Positions 34,303-46,476 of a stretch of 64,000 nt of DNA are shown one piece after another; within the stretch, counting starts at the first letter, position 1, and each line of letters begins with the position of its first letter. The DNA is from Caecitellus pseudoparvulus. Its lineage: Eukaryota > Protista > Bigyra: Bicosoecida. The notes beneath the pieces were generated by a model that worked only from the letters and a program-made list of their open reading frames with translations, was not told the origin of the DNA and searched no databases. The stretch is from contig CBFFRQ010000031.1 of NCBI GenBank assembly GCA_965644315.1, forward strand, positions 620,001-684,000, in the 5' to 3' direction. The translations under genes were made by a program, and so were the position numbers.

Positions 34303-34579
34303 TGCTGGCAGTCGGCTAGGGTTTGCCACCCTCAGTCAGGGGCGAAATGCAGTTGTGTCACGTTTCCTCCGCATTGACGAGGGGTGCCAACAACCCAACC
34401 CAAAACATGCACTGCGTCCATGCGTGGTTCGTATAGCACGACTCGCACTGTTCGCAAGTGCCGCTCCTCAATCCTCTTAGCACCTTGAGTTCGCCAGGCG
34501 GCAAGTTGACTGGCCCCGGTGCCTCGGCAGCTTTGGCGGTCAAAGCGGGCTTCTGGGACCTTAACCACGAACTTTCAAG

Positions 34580-36077
34580 ATGAATCGTATCAATGAAATC
34601 GAGTCTGACCGCCTCGTGTCCGTCGTGGGGGATGTGGCGCTGCAGCTGAGACAGGTGAGCCTGTCGCTGTGCGACCAGCGCCAGAGCTGTTGCCTTGCCT
34701 CTTCCTGCCGTTGGAAGTTGTGGGCACACGACGAGGCCCGCTCTCGATGTACAGCTGGCCTACATTCCCCTGGCTCGACACTCTGAGAAGTTGGCTGATC
34801 GACTGGGACGGTCGTCGGCAGCTGAAAAGTTCCTGCCAGAAACGCTGCCTACGTTGCGTGGTCAGGCTGCTGCTGAGGTGGCCTTCATGTCTGCTCAGCA
34901 GCACAAGGCATCAGGCACTGATGCCTACCGCAGTGCGGAAGGAAAGGATGTCCGTGAGGCTACTAGGACGCTCGTGCGGAGCTTGCAGGTGTCGGAAGCG
35001 GGGTCTGACGCCTTTGCTGGGGATGCCAAGCCAGCGACTCCGCCCGGGCAAAGCGACAGCCCCTCAGTGTCGGGCTTGGCAAGCCCACCAGGAGGCGCCC
35101 CTGTGCTATCGCGCACTGCCACAGACACTTCCCGCCTGCCCCCCTCTCCGTTCGTGCACGTGGACACGCCGTTGTCTTCTGCAATTGCCCGGCCATCATC
35201 TGCCGCGGGCGTGTCACCTGAGTGTTCGCTGGTGACTGTCCTGCAGCGCGGGAAACTGCGTCCATCCCCCGCAGCGACGTCAGTCGCAGCTGTGCTGGCC
35301 CAGCTGCAGGTGGTGCTGCGCTCTCGACTGGCTGTGTCCGCAGAGCAGGGTCGGCAGCGAGCAGCCAAGGTACGCTCCTTTGAAGAACGCATCCTGGAAG
35401 AGGGGGCCCAGCTGAACACGCTGAAGGCCAACTTGCGAGCCCAGCGCGCGGAGCGAGAAGCTGACAGCAACGCAGCAGACGATCAAATTGCAAAGCTGAC
35501 GGCAGAAATCGAGCTGCTGCGCAGTCGAGGGGACAAGGAGCGCACTTCGCTTCGCGAGTTTGTCTCCTCCCACTCCGCGTCCCAGGCGTCTGCACACGGG
35601 GACGTGTTGTCACACCTGAACAAGCAGCTGCAAGAACAAATGGCGCAGCACGCGCTGGCTGTGCGGCAGTCCGAGGAGGCGGAGAAGGCAGTGCGGCGGC
35701 GCCGTGACGCCTTCCGGGCCGACCTCATCACAAACATCCTTGCGGAGTACGACAGCCAGATGCTGACGCTGCAGAAGCAGGTGGAGGCGGTGACGGCGCT
35801 GAAGGCCGACGTGGGTGCGCGGCTGGCTGTGCTGCGGGAACACTTCGGAGTTGTGGGCTCCAATGCCGGGGCTGCCCAGCAAGAGTCCGACGCGGCCCAC
35901 GAAGAGGAAGTGCAGCGCCACAAAGACTTCCTGCGCAAGTATGGCCCCGCCGTGCGGACGATCGAGCGTGCTCGTGGGAAGGTGCTGGATGAACGCCGCG
36001 AGGCAGCGCAGCGAAAGAAGAAGCGCAGAGGCCGAGGCAAGTCCCGGTCCAGCTCGCGTCGAAGCGGCAGGCGTTGA
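34580..36077 (+). CDS. DRC10: Dynein regulatory complex protein 10 (IQCD-like)
   Basis: MNRINEIESDRLVSVV N-terminus, intron 34655-34754, long coiled coil (ILAEYDSQM), degenerate IQ-like segment and basic tail. Confidence 0.7.
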
Positions 36078-36191
36078 AGCCACGCCACGCGGGGGAGCCT
36101 AGAAAATTCAACGCACCCCGTGACTGCCCCCTTTCCGTGCTGAGCTGCCCGTCAAACGTGGTATGCTGGCTGTCACTCTGCTGCTCGAAGC

Positions 36192-39100
36192 ATGGCGCGG
36201 CCTTGGGCAGCAGCAGCTGCGCTGGTTGCATGTGTGCTTTGCTGCACGTGCCTTCAAGCAGGCTCCTTGCCGCCTACCAGCCAAGCCAACACGCCTGGAG
36301 AGCATCACCAGGCCGCTCTGCTGAAGCGACCGCGAGGCAGCCCAGCTGCATCGCGCAGGACACCAGCCAGGTGAGCTGGCCAGCCCTCGTCACTGGCACG
36401 GCCACGTGGCTCATATGCCTTTGCATGGCTTCTCAGAGACCCTGACGTGACAGAGTCATATGAACAGCTTCTACTAGTGTCAACGCTGGATGGTGCCTTC
36501 AGAGCTGTCGATTCGCTCTCTGGAAGAGTCCTTGTGCGTGCCTGCGAGATGGAGCGACAGGTCAATTTCCGCGACATCCCCTTGCCACGCCTGCCGCGTC
36601 ACAGTGGACAGTTGAGACGCACACGCCGCTGGTGGCCTCCCAACAGAATACAACAGCTTCCTCCTCCGCCTTGCTCGTTCCTGCAACTGATGGGTCATTG
36701 CTGGTGCATTCAGGCGAAGCGCTGCACGCGTTGCCGTACACGGCGCCCGAGCTGGTGCAGGTATCCCCTGTGAATGATGGACGGGGCACAGCCTTCTTAG
36801 GAAGCACGAAGAGCCACCTCCTGGGCATCCATATTTCAACGGGGCATCTGGTGCAGCACCTCTCCGTGCACGGTCCGGAGGAGGCCACGTGCAGCAGTCG
36901 GTCAGGGGGCCCGCCTGGCGCCGGGCCCTGCGATGGCCAGGGCGACATCCTCTGGCTCAAGCGGCGAGATCACAGTATCCGTGCAGTGGAGCTGCCAAGC
37001 AGTGCCTCCGGCTCTGCGGTGGGCATTTGGAACGTTTCTGTCGGGCAGCTCCTCTTCGACGACGTGCACGTGCACGTGCCGACGGGCTCCTGCGCCGGGC
37101 ACAGCCACTGGCAAGGCATGCAGGCATGTGCGGCCTGGGCCATGGTGGAGCCCCTTCCTCTACTCTCTGCGACGACGCAGGGGACGTTGATGGCTTCCCA
37201 TGCCCTTTCTGGACACCTCCTCTGGTCCCTTCGCTTGGGGTCGCCAGTCGTGGACGTGCGCGCCTTGGCGGTGTGCTCTGGGCGACACACAGGAGGCCCG
37301 CGGCTGCTCCCCATCGCGTCCAAGGCCGGCATTGATTGGGAAGGTGCACGCTTGCAGGGTTCCTACCCAGTCCTGCAGCGCCTGCGAGTATCGCAGCTGT
37401 GGCCGGGAGAGGAGGAGCAGGAGGCTGCTGGCCGTGTTCCGCCCACGGGGGCAGATGTGTTCATCGGGCACGAGGCAACTCCAAGTGGGCCTTCCTTGTA
37501 TGCTCTGCCGCGGGGAGGGCAGGAGGATGTGCCCGGGCAGCCGCTTTCGCGTGTTGTAGCGCAGTGGGCTCCGCCTCCCCTTGCACTAGGGGTGTCCACA
37601 GACGCCGCCCTGCGAGCTGCTGCAGTGCCCACCTGTGCGGCAGAGGAGGAGCAAGCGCTGCCCGCTGCACTGCTGGACTTCAACAAAGCGGGCGAAGCGC
37701 AAGTGTGCGAGGAGCAAGTGCCTGCTCTCCAGCCTGTTGTGCAGCCTGCTCCCAGGTGTGGCTCCGGCGTCGGCGCTGCTGCCTGCATTTCGGGCGTGTA
37801 CTCTGCTGCCGCTGGCTTCATGCGCTCGGCCCCCGGCGGGCTCCCGGCACGCCCGGGCATCGCACCACCGCCAATACCTGCCATGCCAGATGTGCAGGTG
37901 CCGCTCCCTCCAGGGCACCTGCTGCCGCAACCTGGGAATCCGTGGGACCCACAGTGGGGCCCAGCCTCCCCTCCTCGGCGGCCAGACACTGCGCACCGCC
38001 GGTCTTTGACCCCTGGCTCCAGTTCGCCGACGTCAGGCAGCACCGCGCCCCGGCTTGAGCTGGGGAATCTGTCCACCTCCCTGGTGCACCTGCCTGTCAC
38101 GCCCACCGCGCCCCTTCCAGGTGCACCACTGCAGCCCATCAAAGTGGACGCAAGCCCAGTCATGGAGCAGCCAGTGGTGTTGGCAGACCACCGAGGGCGG
38201 CCACTGGCGGTGTATCTGTGGACCACTCGACGCACGCCGGTGCTGTCACCGCACGGGCACGCAGTGCTGGAGCAAAAGGCAGACGGCTCGTTCGTGCCCC
38301 AAACTGTTGTCATTGCTGGGGAGCGTTACCTTGGCGGGCGGCAAGGCTCACGGGTGGATGTGGTGTTCTCGAAGGACTTTGAGGCAGACTTCCTCACCCG
38401 CACAGTGTCTGCTGTGTGGGATGGGGAGGATGCCGAGCCAGTGCCCACCCCGGCCCGCTCCCCCCGGAGTGAAGTTGGCTTTGCCGGCCACGCTGAGCTG
38501 GACTTGCTGGTGTCCCACTTGACAAGCCGGTATGGGGGGGTGACAACCATTTCAGCGCCACCCCACATCCAGGCGCTGCTGGAGTGGGGCTGGCCTGCCT
38601 CCACACTTGGCCTGCAGCTGGCTGCGGACACAGTGCGACAGCGCATGTCCCACCACATGCGCTCCTTGTTCCCAGAAGTGAACTTGAACCTGCAGCCAGC
38701 AGCAGGGTGGGCCACCTGGCAGGTGGTGTTGGCAGCGCTGGCGGCCGCGGCCAGTGTGGGCGTACTGGGGCTGGGCTTGTGGGTGGCTCAGCGAGGAAAT
38801 GGGGAAGGGCAGCGGGAAGGTGCAGGAGGACCCCCACCACTGCCCCCCATTCACGTTGCGGACAAGCCGGCGCGGCTGCCTTCGGTGCCTGCGTCCCCAG
38901 TACAGCCTGCTTCCCCTGAGGAGGTTGAGGTCGACGGGGCAGTGTTCCGGAAGCTGGGGCAGCAGGGCTTGCTGGTGGGCCAGGCCATCCTCGGCAAGGG
39001 TTCGCATGGCACTGTGGTGCTGGATGGGCGCCTGCGTTCTCGCCCAGTGGCCGTGAAGCGCATGCTGCGCAGCTTCTACGACCTTGCCCAGCGGGAGGTG

Positions 39101-41575
39101 GACCTGCTCATTCGCAGTGACGGCCACCCAAACATCGTGCGATACTTTGCTTGTGCAGAGGAGTCAGACTTTGTCTTCTTGGCCCTGGAGCGCTGCGAGT
39201 GCACCCTGGCCCAAGCCCTGCAAGGCGTTGCACAGCGGCGGGCAGGGCTCGCACGGCGAGTGCGGGGCCTACTGCAGCCTACGGGGCGGCGCCGGCGAGG
39301 CGGCACGCGGGGTAAAGGGCGCTCCGTCGGGCCCATGCCTGGGGAGAACTCCTTCGACGCTCTGTGGGTGGACGACGGGGAGGATTCTGACGGCGGGGGC
39401 CAGGCCACAGGGCGGGCACAGCCGGCACACCCCGGCACAGTGCAGGACGACCCCGCAGCATGGCTGCCTGTGCCGCTGCCCAGCGACGGCTCGAGGATGT
39501 TTTTGCACAGCCTGGTGTCGGGCATGGCCCACCTCCACTCCAGTTGCCGCATCGTGCACCGTGACCTGAAGCCAGGGAACGTCTTGCTGGCCCGGGCACA
39601 CCGCCCTGCTCGAGTGGTGGAAGCAGAGGGCGCGCCCGGCGGTACACATTCCAAGTCTGTCAAGCACGGGCGAGTGCCGCTGTGGACGGCGGAGTGTGGC
39701 GCGTGGGGCGGCCGGTGGGTTCCGAAGATCTCAGACATGGGCTTGGGCAAGCAGCTGCACGGTGGCAGCAGCATCACCGACCCTGCCCGGCGCCGGAGCC
39801 AAGCCACCGGCAGTGGGGATAGCTCAGGCCACCTGCGCATGGGCCGCGGCGCTGGGGACGCCTCCACTGACACGGCAGGGGTGGCTGGCACGGTGGGGTG
39901 GCAGGCGCCCGAGCTGCTGGCGCAGATCTTCGGCCAGAGCCCTGGCACGTTGGCCAGCTCGGGCGCCCCCTCCCTGCCCTTAGCTGTCGGGGAGCCTGAG
40001 ACCTCTGTGCAGTGGGACCGCCTTCGCCCGATGCAGGTTGTGGCGGCGTGGGCGGCGTCTGATGCAGACTGGCTGCCCGCCATGCCGGTGCACCTACTGC
40101 CGGAGGGCTCCCTCGGCTCCGCTGAGGCGCAGCAGGCGGCTAGTCAGATACAGACAGAGGGCACTGACGACGCAGGCGTGGATGGACCTGGGCAGAAGCG
40201 TGCTGTGGACGTCTGGGCCATGGGGTGCATGCTGTATGCGGTGGTGGACGCGGCAGGGCACCCCTTCGGACCGGTGCTGTCTCGGCAGGAGCGCGTCTTG
40301 CGCGGGCAGCATGACCTGTCCCGCATCGCCCACCTGCCTGAGCTGGGGCACTTGCTGCGAGGCATGCTGGCCACGCGCCCCTCCCAGCGCCCCCGCAGTG
40401 TGGAGGTGCTGGAGCACCCCTTCTTCTGGTCTGATGCCCGGCGCTGTGCGTTCCTGCAGGAGGTGTCAGACCGCTTAGACCGGGAGGGTGCGCAGTGCCC
40501 CGCTGTGGCTGCGCTGGACGCGTTGACGCCTGCTGTATGTGGTGGGCGGGGGGGCGCAGCAGGCTGGGGGCGGCGTCTGCCAGCACCCCTCCTGGCAGAC
40601 GCCACTGCCCGGCGGTCGTACGATTTCAGCCGCCTCAGCGAGCTGCTGCGCCTGTTCCGCAACCAGCGCCACCACTTCCGGGAGCTATCACGCGCCAGCC
40701 TGGACGCCATCGTGCGGGGGGCAGGCCTGGCGCAGAGCGCGTCCAGCAGCTTGCAGAGCCAGGACGTGCCCACCGCGCTGCTGCGTTTCTTCACCGCACC
40801 CCCGCGATTCCCACGTCTGCTCATGGCAGCTTACGCTGTGGCAACGTGGTACTTTGCCCACGAACCCGAATTTGTAGCGCTGCTGGGCCCCCGCACCACT
40901 GCCAAGTGGGGGGTGCTGGCGCAGCTGCAGTACGTGCCGAGTGCGCCTGCCAGCCCTGCAAGGGAGGGGGGCATGCCCGCCACGCCAGCACCAGCGCCAG
41001 CAACGCCTAAACGCACCCCTAAGCGGCAGACGCTCACCTCAAAGCCAGCTGCGACGCCCCCCACCCAGCGGCCCCTCGCTGCAGCCGCCACGCCCAAGCC
41101 TGCATCCACCCCGCAGCCTTGGCTCCTGCCCCAAGCGGAGTGGCTGGCTGCAGCTGCCAGCAGCAGCCAGGCTGCCCGGGACGAGCGGCTGTGGATCTCC
41201 CGTTCAGGGGACGTAGATGGAGGTGGACAGCCGCTGCGGGGTGCCAGTGTCGTGTACGAGGGGGGCTTGGCGGTTCGCGCAGGGGACGGCGCGCCAGTGA
41301 CCCCCGTGGTGTGTGCATGGGGGGGGGCTCCAGGCCCCTCTCGAGGACTGCACCTGACCACGCGATTCAAGGGCGGTGGCAACACAGGGGGTGCCCGGTA
41401 CAAGGCGGCAGTGTGTTCGGATTGGGCCAACAAGGCTGGCCTCTGCCGGCGCGGAATCAGGTGTGACTTCGCGCACGGAAAGGTTGAAGTCACCCGTCGT
41501 GCACCTGCCCTGCTTCCTCACTCAGCTGGTGCCTGGGAGGCTGCGCTGCAGGCGGAGCTCGCGCAGCTCAAGTGA
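36192..41575 (+). CDS. IRE1: IRE1 ER-stress sensor kinase/endoribonuclease with C-terminal CCCH zinc finger
   Basis: Signal peptide and 2 introns. Luminal LLVSTLDGAFRAVD..G..LW, TM at about 38720-38790, kinase (LGKGSHGT, VAVKR, SDGHPNIVRYF, HRDLKPGN, ISDMGL, GTVGWQAPE), KEN domain (FLQEVSDR, ELLRLFRNQRHHF). Confidence 0.93.
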
Positions 41576-41958
41576 GCGTTCGCACTGGTCAGAGGTTGTG
41601 TGCGCGGCGCAGACCAACTGCACCAGCCTGGAGCAAAGTTCTGCAGAAACGCCCGCTTCGCCACGTGTGCAGGCATGGCAGCACTCGCGGCGGGTCAATT
41701 TAAACACCGGAAATGTCGTCGTTGTCAGGAGTACGCCAGCTTCACGCGCTTGAGAGTGCCGGCACGCCATCGAGCTGCCCAGGAGCCTCCCCACGCTCCC
41801 CAGGCACGAACTATTGGTCTCGCGGAAACGCGGACCCTTGCAGTGTACCGGAGGCCACCTCCGCAGCTGCTCGCATCCCAAGTGTGGGACACAGTGGAGT
41901 TTGGGTTTATGGAAGTGCACTCGCAGTTTCAATTTCACCCCAGACCCCAATCAGAGGC

Positions 41959-44063
41959 ATGGCAGAGGAATCGCAGGTTACCACGGCAGCAGGAGGTGCA
42001 ATGTCGGTCAGCAGCGCTGACGGGCGCCCGGCAAGCACTTCCTGCTCCAAAGTCCCGCAACACCTGAGGGAGGAACACCCGAAGCTGTTTAAAGTCTTCA
42101 ACCAGCTGGATGTCGGTGCGTGGCTGAGCACCCTGGCGCGGCGCGGAATTTGCCGTCACCAACCAACGCACTTTCTGCCAGCTCTTGCGGCAGGGGCAGC
42201 GCTCCCTGTCCACCCCTATCGCTCCAGAAGTAGGCCGCTTACACCCTTCCCTGCAATTCTCCACCCCCTTTACAGACAACAGCGGGCGGATTTCCCAGGC
42301 CGAGTTGGTGGCGCATTTCTCCAAGCATGCCGACGAGCTGGACAGCATGACGGTGTCGCCAGAGGAGGTGGGGGACCAGGCTGTGCACCTGCTGAGCGTC
42401 GTGGACCAGGATCGCAGCAAGACCGTCAGCTTTGAGGAGTTCGTCAAGTGCGTTGTCCCTGCTGGCCGCCCCGCACCGCCCTCGCCAGCAAGCACGAATT
42501 CGCACCACTCCCCTCCACAGTGCGTTCGGCGAGGTGCACAACCCAACGAAGGCATCCATCAGCCAGGAGTGGACTGATCGAGCAGGCCTAGCATGGTACC
42601 TCGGAGACGACCATGAAGGCCAGTTCAAGCCGTGGCATCTGCTGCTGGCCGGTGGCCTGGGCGGCCTGGTGTCTCGCATGGTTACGGCTCCCGCAGAGCG
42701 TGTGCGCCTCATCCTGCAAGCGCGAGGTCTGGCCGGCGGGGGCCCCCTGGAGGTCTTCCGCCGCGTGGTGGCCACCGAGGGCGTCCGTGCGTTGTGGAGG
42801 TCCAACCTCGCCTCCTGTCTGCAGGTGTTCCCCAACGGCGCCACCATCTGCCTCGTGTACGGGGGGGCATCGCAGGCCATCGCCAACTCCCTGGGCCGCG
42901 ACCTGAACATGTGGGAGCGCTTGGCGTGTGGCGGCTTGGCAGGCGCCTCTGCTGGCCTCGTCACCCACCCCTTGGAGCTGATCCGGACACGCCTTGCGGT
43001 GCAGAGCAGCATGCCGGCCCCCGGGGGCCTCTCCATGGCTGGCGTCCCAAGCACCCTGCGGTGTGTGTCGTCCACGTCTGTGGGGGGCGTTGGCACGGGC
43101 GCCTTGCGAGGCTCCGGCGTCGCCATGTCCTCTGCGAAGGGGGCCCACCAGCCCCCCGCCAGCACCACCATGCCGCTGGCCAGGGTGGTGGGGTCTAGGC
43201 CCCCCACTGGGCAGGCCAGCACGCCCTCCACGCTGCAGCGCGTGCAGCCTGCGCCTGCGTCACCCACGCCGACGCCCTCGCGCACGCACCCGGCCAACCC
43301 CCCCGCCCGCGCCATGCACGTCGTGTCGGCCTCCAACCCTTGGCGCGTCCCCAGCTTCGCCTCCCTCTTGAACAAGGGGACCACGGGCGGCCTCCTGGCG
43401 TCTGCCGTGCGACGTGTGACGGGAGAGGCGGCCGCGCTGCCTCGGGCGTGGGGCGCCGGCGGGCTGTACAGCGGCGTTCTAGATGCCGCCGGGCGCATTT
43501 ACGCGCGGGACGGCGTCCGGGGCTTCTACCGTGGCTTGGGCCCCTCCCTCGTCGCCTCCACGGTCTTTGTCTCCATCATGCAGTCCGCTTTCGACAGCAT
43601 CGTGTCCCGAGCGCGCTCCCCTCAGGGCCTCGCCGGCATCCACTGGCAGTGCCAGGACCTCACCCTCACTGTCCTGGCAGGCCTGGGGGCGGGTTGTCTG
43701 GCGCAGCTCGCGGTGCACCCGGTGGATACCGTCAAGCGCCGCATGATGACCCTGCGCATGCGCTCGGCCCGGTCCCAAACTGCCTGGAACCTGGCACGCA
43801 ACGTCGTGACACGGGAGGGTGGCTGGCGGGCGCTGTACGCTGGCGTGACCCCCGCCCTGGGCAAGGTCGTCCCCGCAGTCATCATCTCCCTCGCCGTGCG
43901 CGAGCTGGTGCTGGGACGAGCCCGGCACTCGGTCGCGCTGGACTCTGTGAACACTAGCGCTGCCCTGCGTGTGGAGTTGCCCTCCGCCACGCAGTGGCTG
44001 CGCCCTTCTTGGGCTGTGCCCCGTGCACACCCCGTCAAGGCCCCTCCCAAGGGGCAGTCGTGA
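41959..44063 (+). CDS. EF-hand Ca2+-binding mitochondrial carrier (SCaMC/SLC25A24-like)
   Basis: Two introns. EF hands (FNQLDVDNSGRISQAEL; VDQDRSKTVSFEEF) and three carrier repeats (PAERVR, PLELIR, PVDTVK). Confidence 0.85.
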
Positions 44064-44094
44064 GGGCCGCCTCATGCGCGGCAATGCATTGCTG

Positions 44095-46063
44095 TCAATC
44101 AAAGAGCCCGCCTCCCCTGTTTGGCGGCGCGGGGCGGTCCCCGCCAAACATGTCCCCTGGACCACCGTCATCCAGCAGCGCGCTCAGAGCAGCAGCTTTG
44201 GGCGCAGCAGCTTCGGGCGCCGCGCCAGCGGAGGGCTGCTCCTCATCACCCTCTTCGAAGAGACCACGTGGGCCGGTCTGCTGAGCAGAGACGCCGAACA
44301 GGCCGCCGCTGGCACAGACAGCTTCCGTGCTGGCGTGGGGGTCCACCTTGGGGATGGGGGCAGAGGTGACTGATGGCTTGGCAGGGGCAGGGGCAGGGGC
44401 AGGGGCAGGCAGGGCTCGAGGCTTTGGTTGCGCGGCAGGGGGGGGTTGGCTGGCCAGCTCAGGAGAGGGCCGGCCGCCGGGTATGGCGTGGGGTGTCAGC
44501 TCCCTGTCTGGGCTGGCGGCGGTGCGGAAGCGAGGCGCCACTGGCACCTGGGCCCCCGCACCCCACCGAAACGCCTCCGCCATCGCATCCAGCAGTCCCA
44601 CTCCCCCGCCCACCGCAGGGGAGGGGGACCGGGCAGAGGCGCGTCCCCAGTCCCCCGTGCCCGGCAGGGCCCCCGCTCCGCTGTGCATGGAGGCAGCCCG
44701 AGCAGCGGGGCCTGACACAGCCGGCAGGGTCGCAGCAGACTTGATGCCTTTCGCGGCCTTCTGCAAGCCGTGTGCCATGGCGGTGCCCACGCGGGCCATC
44801 GCGTCCGAGATGGCGGCGGGGTGCAGGCCAGGCCCAGCTGGGCGCGGCCCGGCGGCAAGCGCCGTGTCGGCGGCCTTGATGCCCTGGGCCTCGTGCAGCA
44901 CCGCGTCGATGGAGGTGTGGGGGTAGTTCTGCAACAGCTCCAGACAGGCGACAAAGTCACCCGCCAACAGCGCGCTGCGCTGCAGGCGCACCATGGCCAC
45001 ACAGCAGAAGAAGAGGAAGGAGAAGCGACGGGGGTCTGCAAACAGTGTGTCCCACACGCGCAGGGTGCCCGGGAGCTCGAACTCTCGAGCCAGCAGCGCT
45101 GTCAGCCACCGGAAGGCATAGAAGGCAGGCTCGATGCCTTGCTGGCTGAGGTGCTGCGCCACCTGTGGCTCGTGGCGGTGCAGCAGAGTGCCGAAGGTGC
45201 CCAGCACACCATGCACCCCCTCCACGTGGCTGTCTAGCTTACGAATGTACATGTCCCGCACGTCCATCATGAGGGCGGAAAAGAGGTGGAAGCAGTCAGC
45301 CTCCGCCGCCTCCGCGTCGCTGTTGGCTCGGTTCGCTGCCCACAGCAGGGGCGCCACCAGCTCATTCATGCCTTGCACGTACCCCACGCCAGGGTTCAGC
45401 TTGGCGTACAAGTACAGGATGTTGGCCAGGCTCTGTGCTGCGCTGCGGCGGAAGAACTCGTAAGACTGGTGCGTTCGGCGGACGTCCTTAGTGACCTCTT
45501 CTGCCAACGCAGCTGTGCTGTGCGTCGTCCAGTCGAAAACCTTGGGCACGATGGGCATGCTGAGGGGGTCCAGGGGGACAGCACTACTGCTCTCCTCCGC
45601 TTCACCCGCACTTTCAACACTCCCCGGAGCTGCTTCGTCGTCGCTGTCCGACTCGTCGCACGGCAGCTTCGCGAGCAAGGGGCCAGGGATGTGCTCTGAC
45701 CTCAGCTGGAAATACACCTCTCGCTTGCCTTTCAGGACAGCCGGCCACTCGGAGCGCTGGGGCGGAATGACGCCCAGCAGCAGCTGCCAAACCACTGCAC
45801 GGTGATCCTCAGTGAGCCCTGCGCAGGCAGTGTTGGGCTGCTGTGACCCCCTCATTCGCGTGAGTGGGCAGAGAGGGGCCACTCACCATGAAAAGATGCT
45901 TTCCGTAGCTCCCGCAAGTCCACGTCCTCACTTTCCAGCAATTGGTCCACGCTGAGCGGAGCGTGGTGACAGGGTACTGGGCGCATGCCATGTGCAGTGC
46001 AGCACGTCACATTCCGCACCTCATCGCAGGGCTCAGCATCGGAGAAGGAACTTCGCTTGCCAT
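44095..46063 (-). CDS. Rab-GAP TBC domain protein (TBC1D13-like)
   Basis: Two 5' introns. VDLRELRK, RAVVWQLLLG, VTKDVRRT, YAKLNPGVGYVQGMNEL, FYAFRWL, RVWDTLFADPRRF. Confidence 0.88.
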
Positions 46064-46476
46064 GGCTTGTTGAAGCTTGAGGGGGGTTTCAGGGGCAGTC
46101 GGCCAGGCCCCCCACTGTCAAATGTCACCTTTGAGGCCCTGCTTTTGGGTACGGCATGTGCCCAGGCGACGGGCCAGCCAAGCACTGCTGGCGCCAGGGC
46201 AAGGGGCTTGGACGAGGGGGGGGGATGCTCAGCGTGCAGCAAGTTGAGCAATGCAGGAAAACTCACAAGATCAAGCTTGGAGTTGCCTCTGGCGCTTCTT
46301 AATGTGCCCCGTCCCGGCGTTCTGCCCCCACACGGTCCTCAGTGCCTGGCAGCGTGTCCAGCAAACTCCGCACCACCACAGTCTTGCAGCGCAGCTGCAC
46401 CAGGGAGGCCGCCGGGAACGCTGAGGAACACGGCGAGCTTCGTACTACACCCTCCACCTACACTACACGCTTAGGC

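Noticed and set aside
39728-39750. DMG instead of DFG in the IRE1 kinase as a sign of a pseudokinase
   Set aside because: DMG is normal in plant-type IRE1, and the catalytic Lys, HRD and Asp are retained.
44381-44413. (GCAGGG)n run resembling a telomeric or G-quadruplex repeat
   Set aside because: It encodes a PAPAPAP linker in the TBC gene on the minus strand and is too short to be telomeric.
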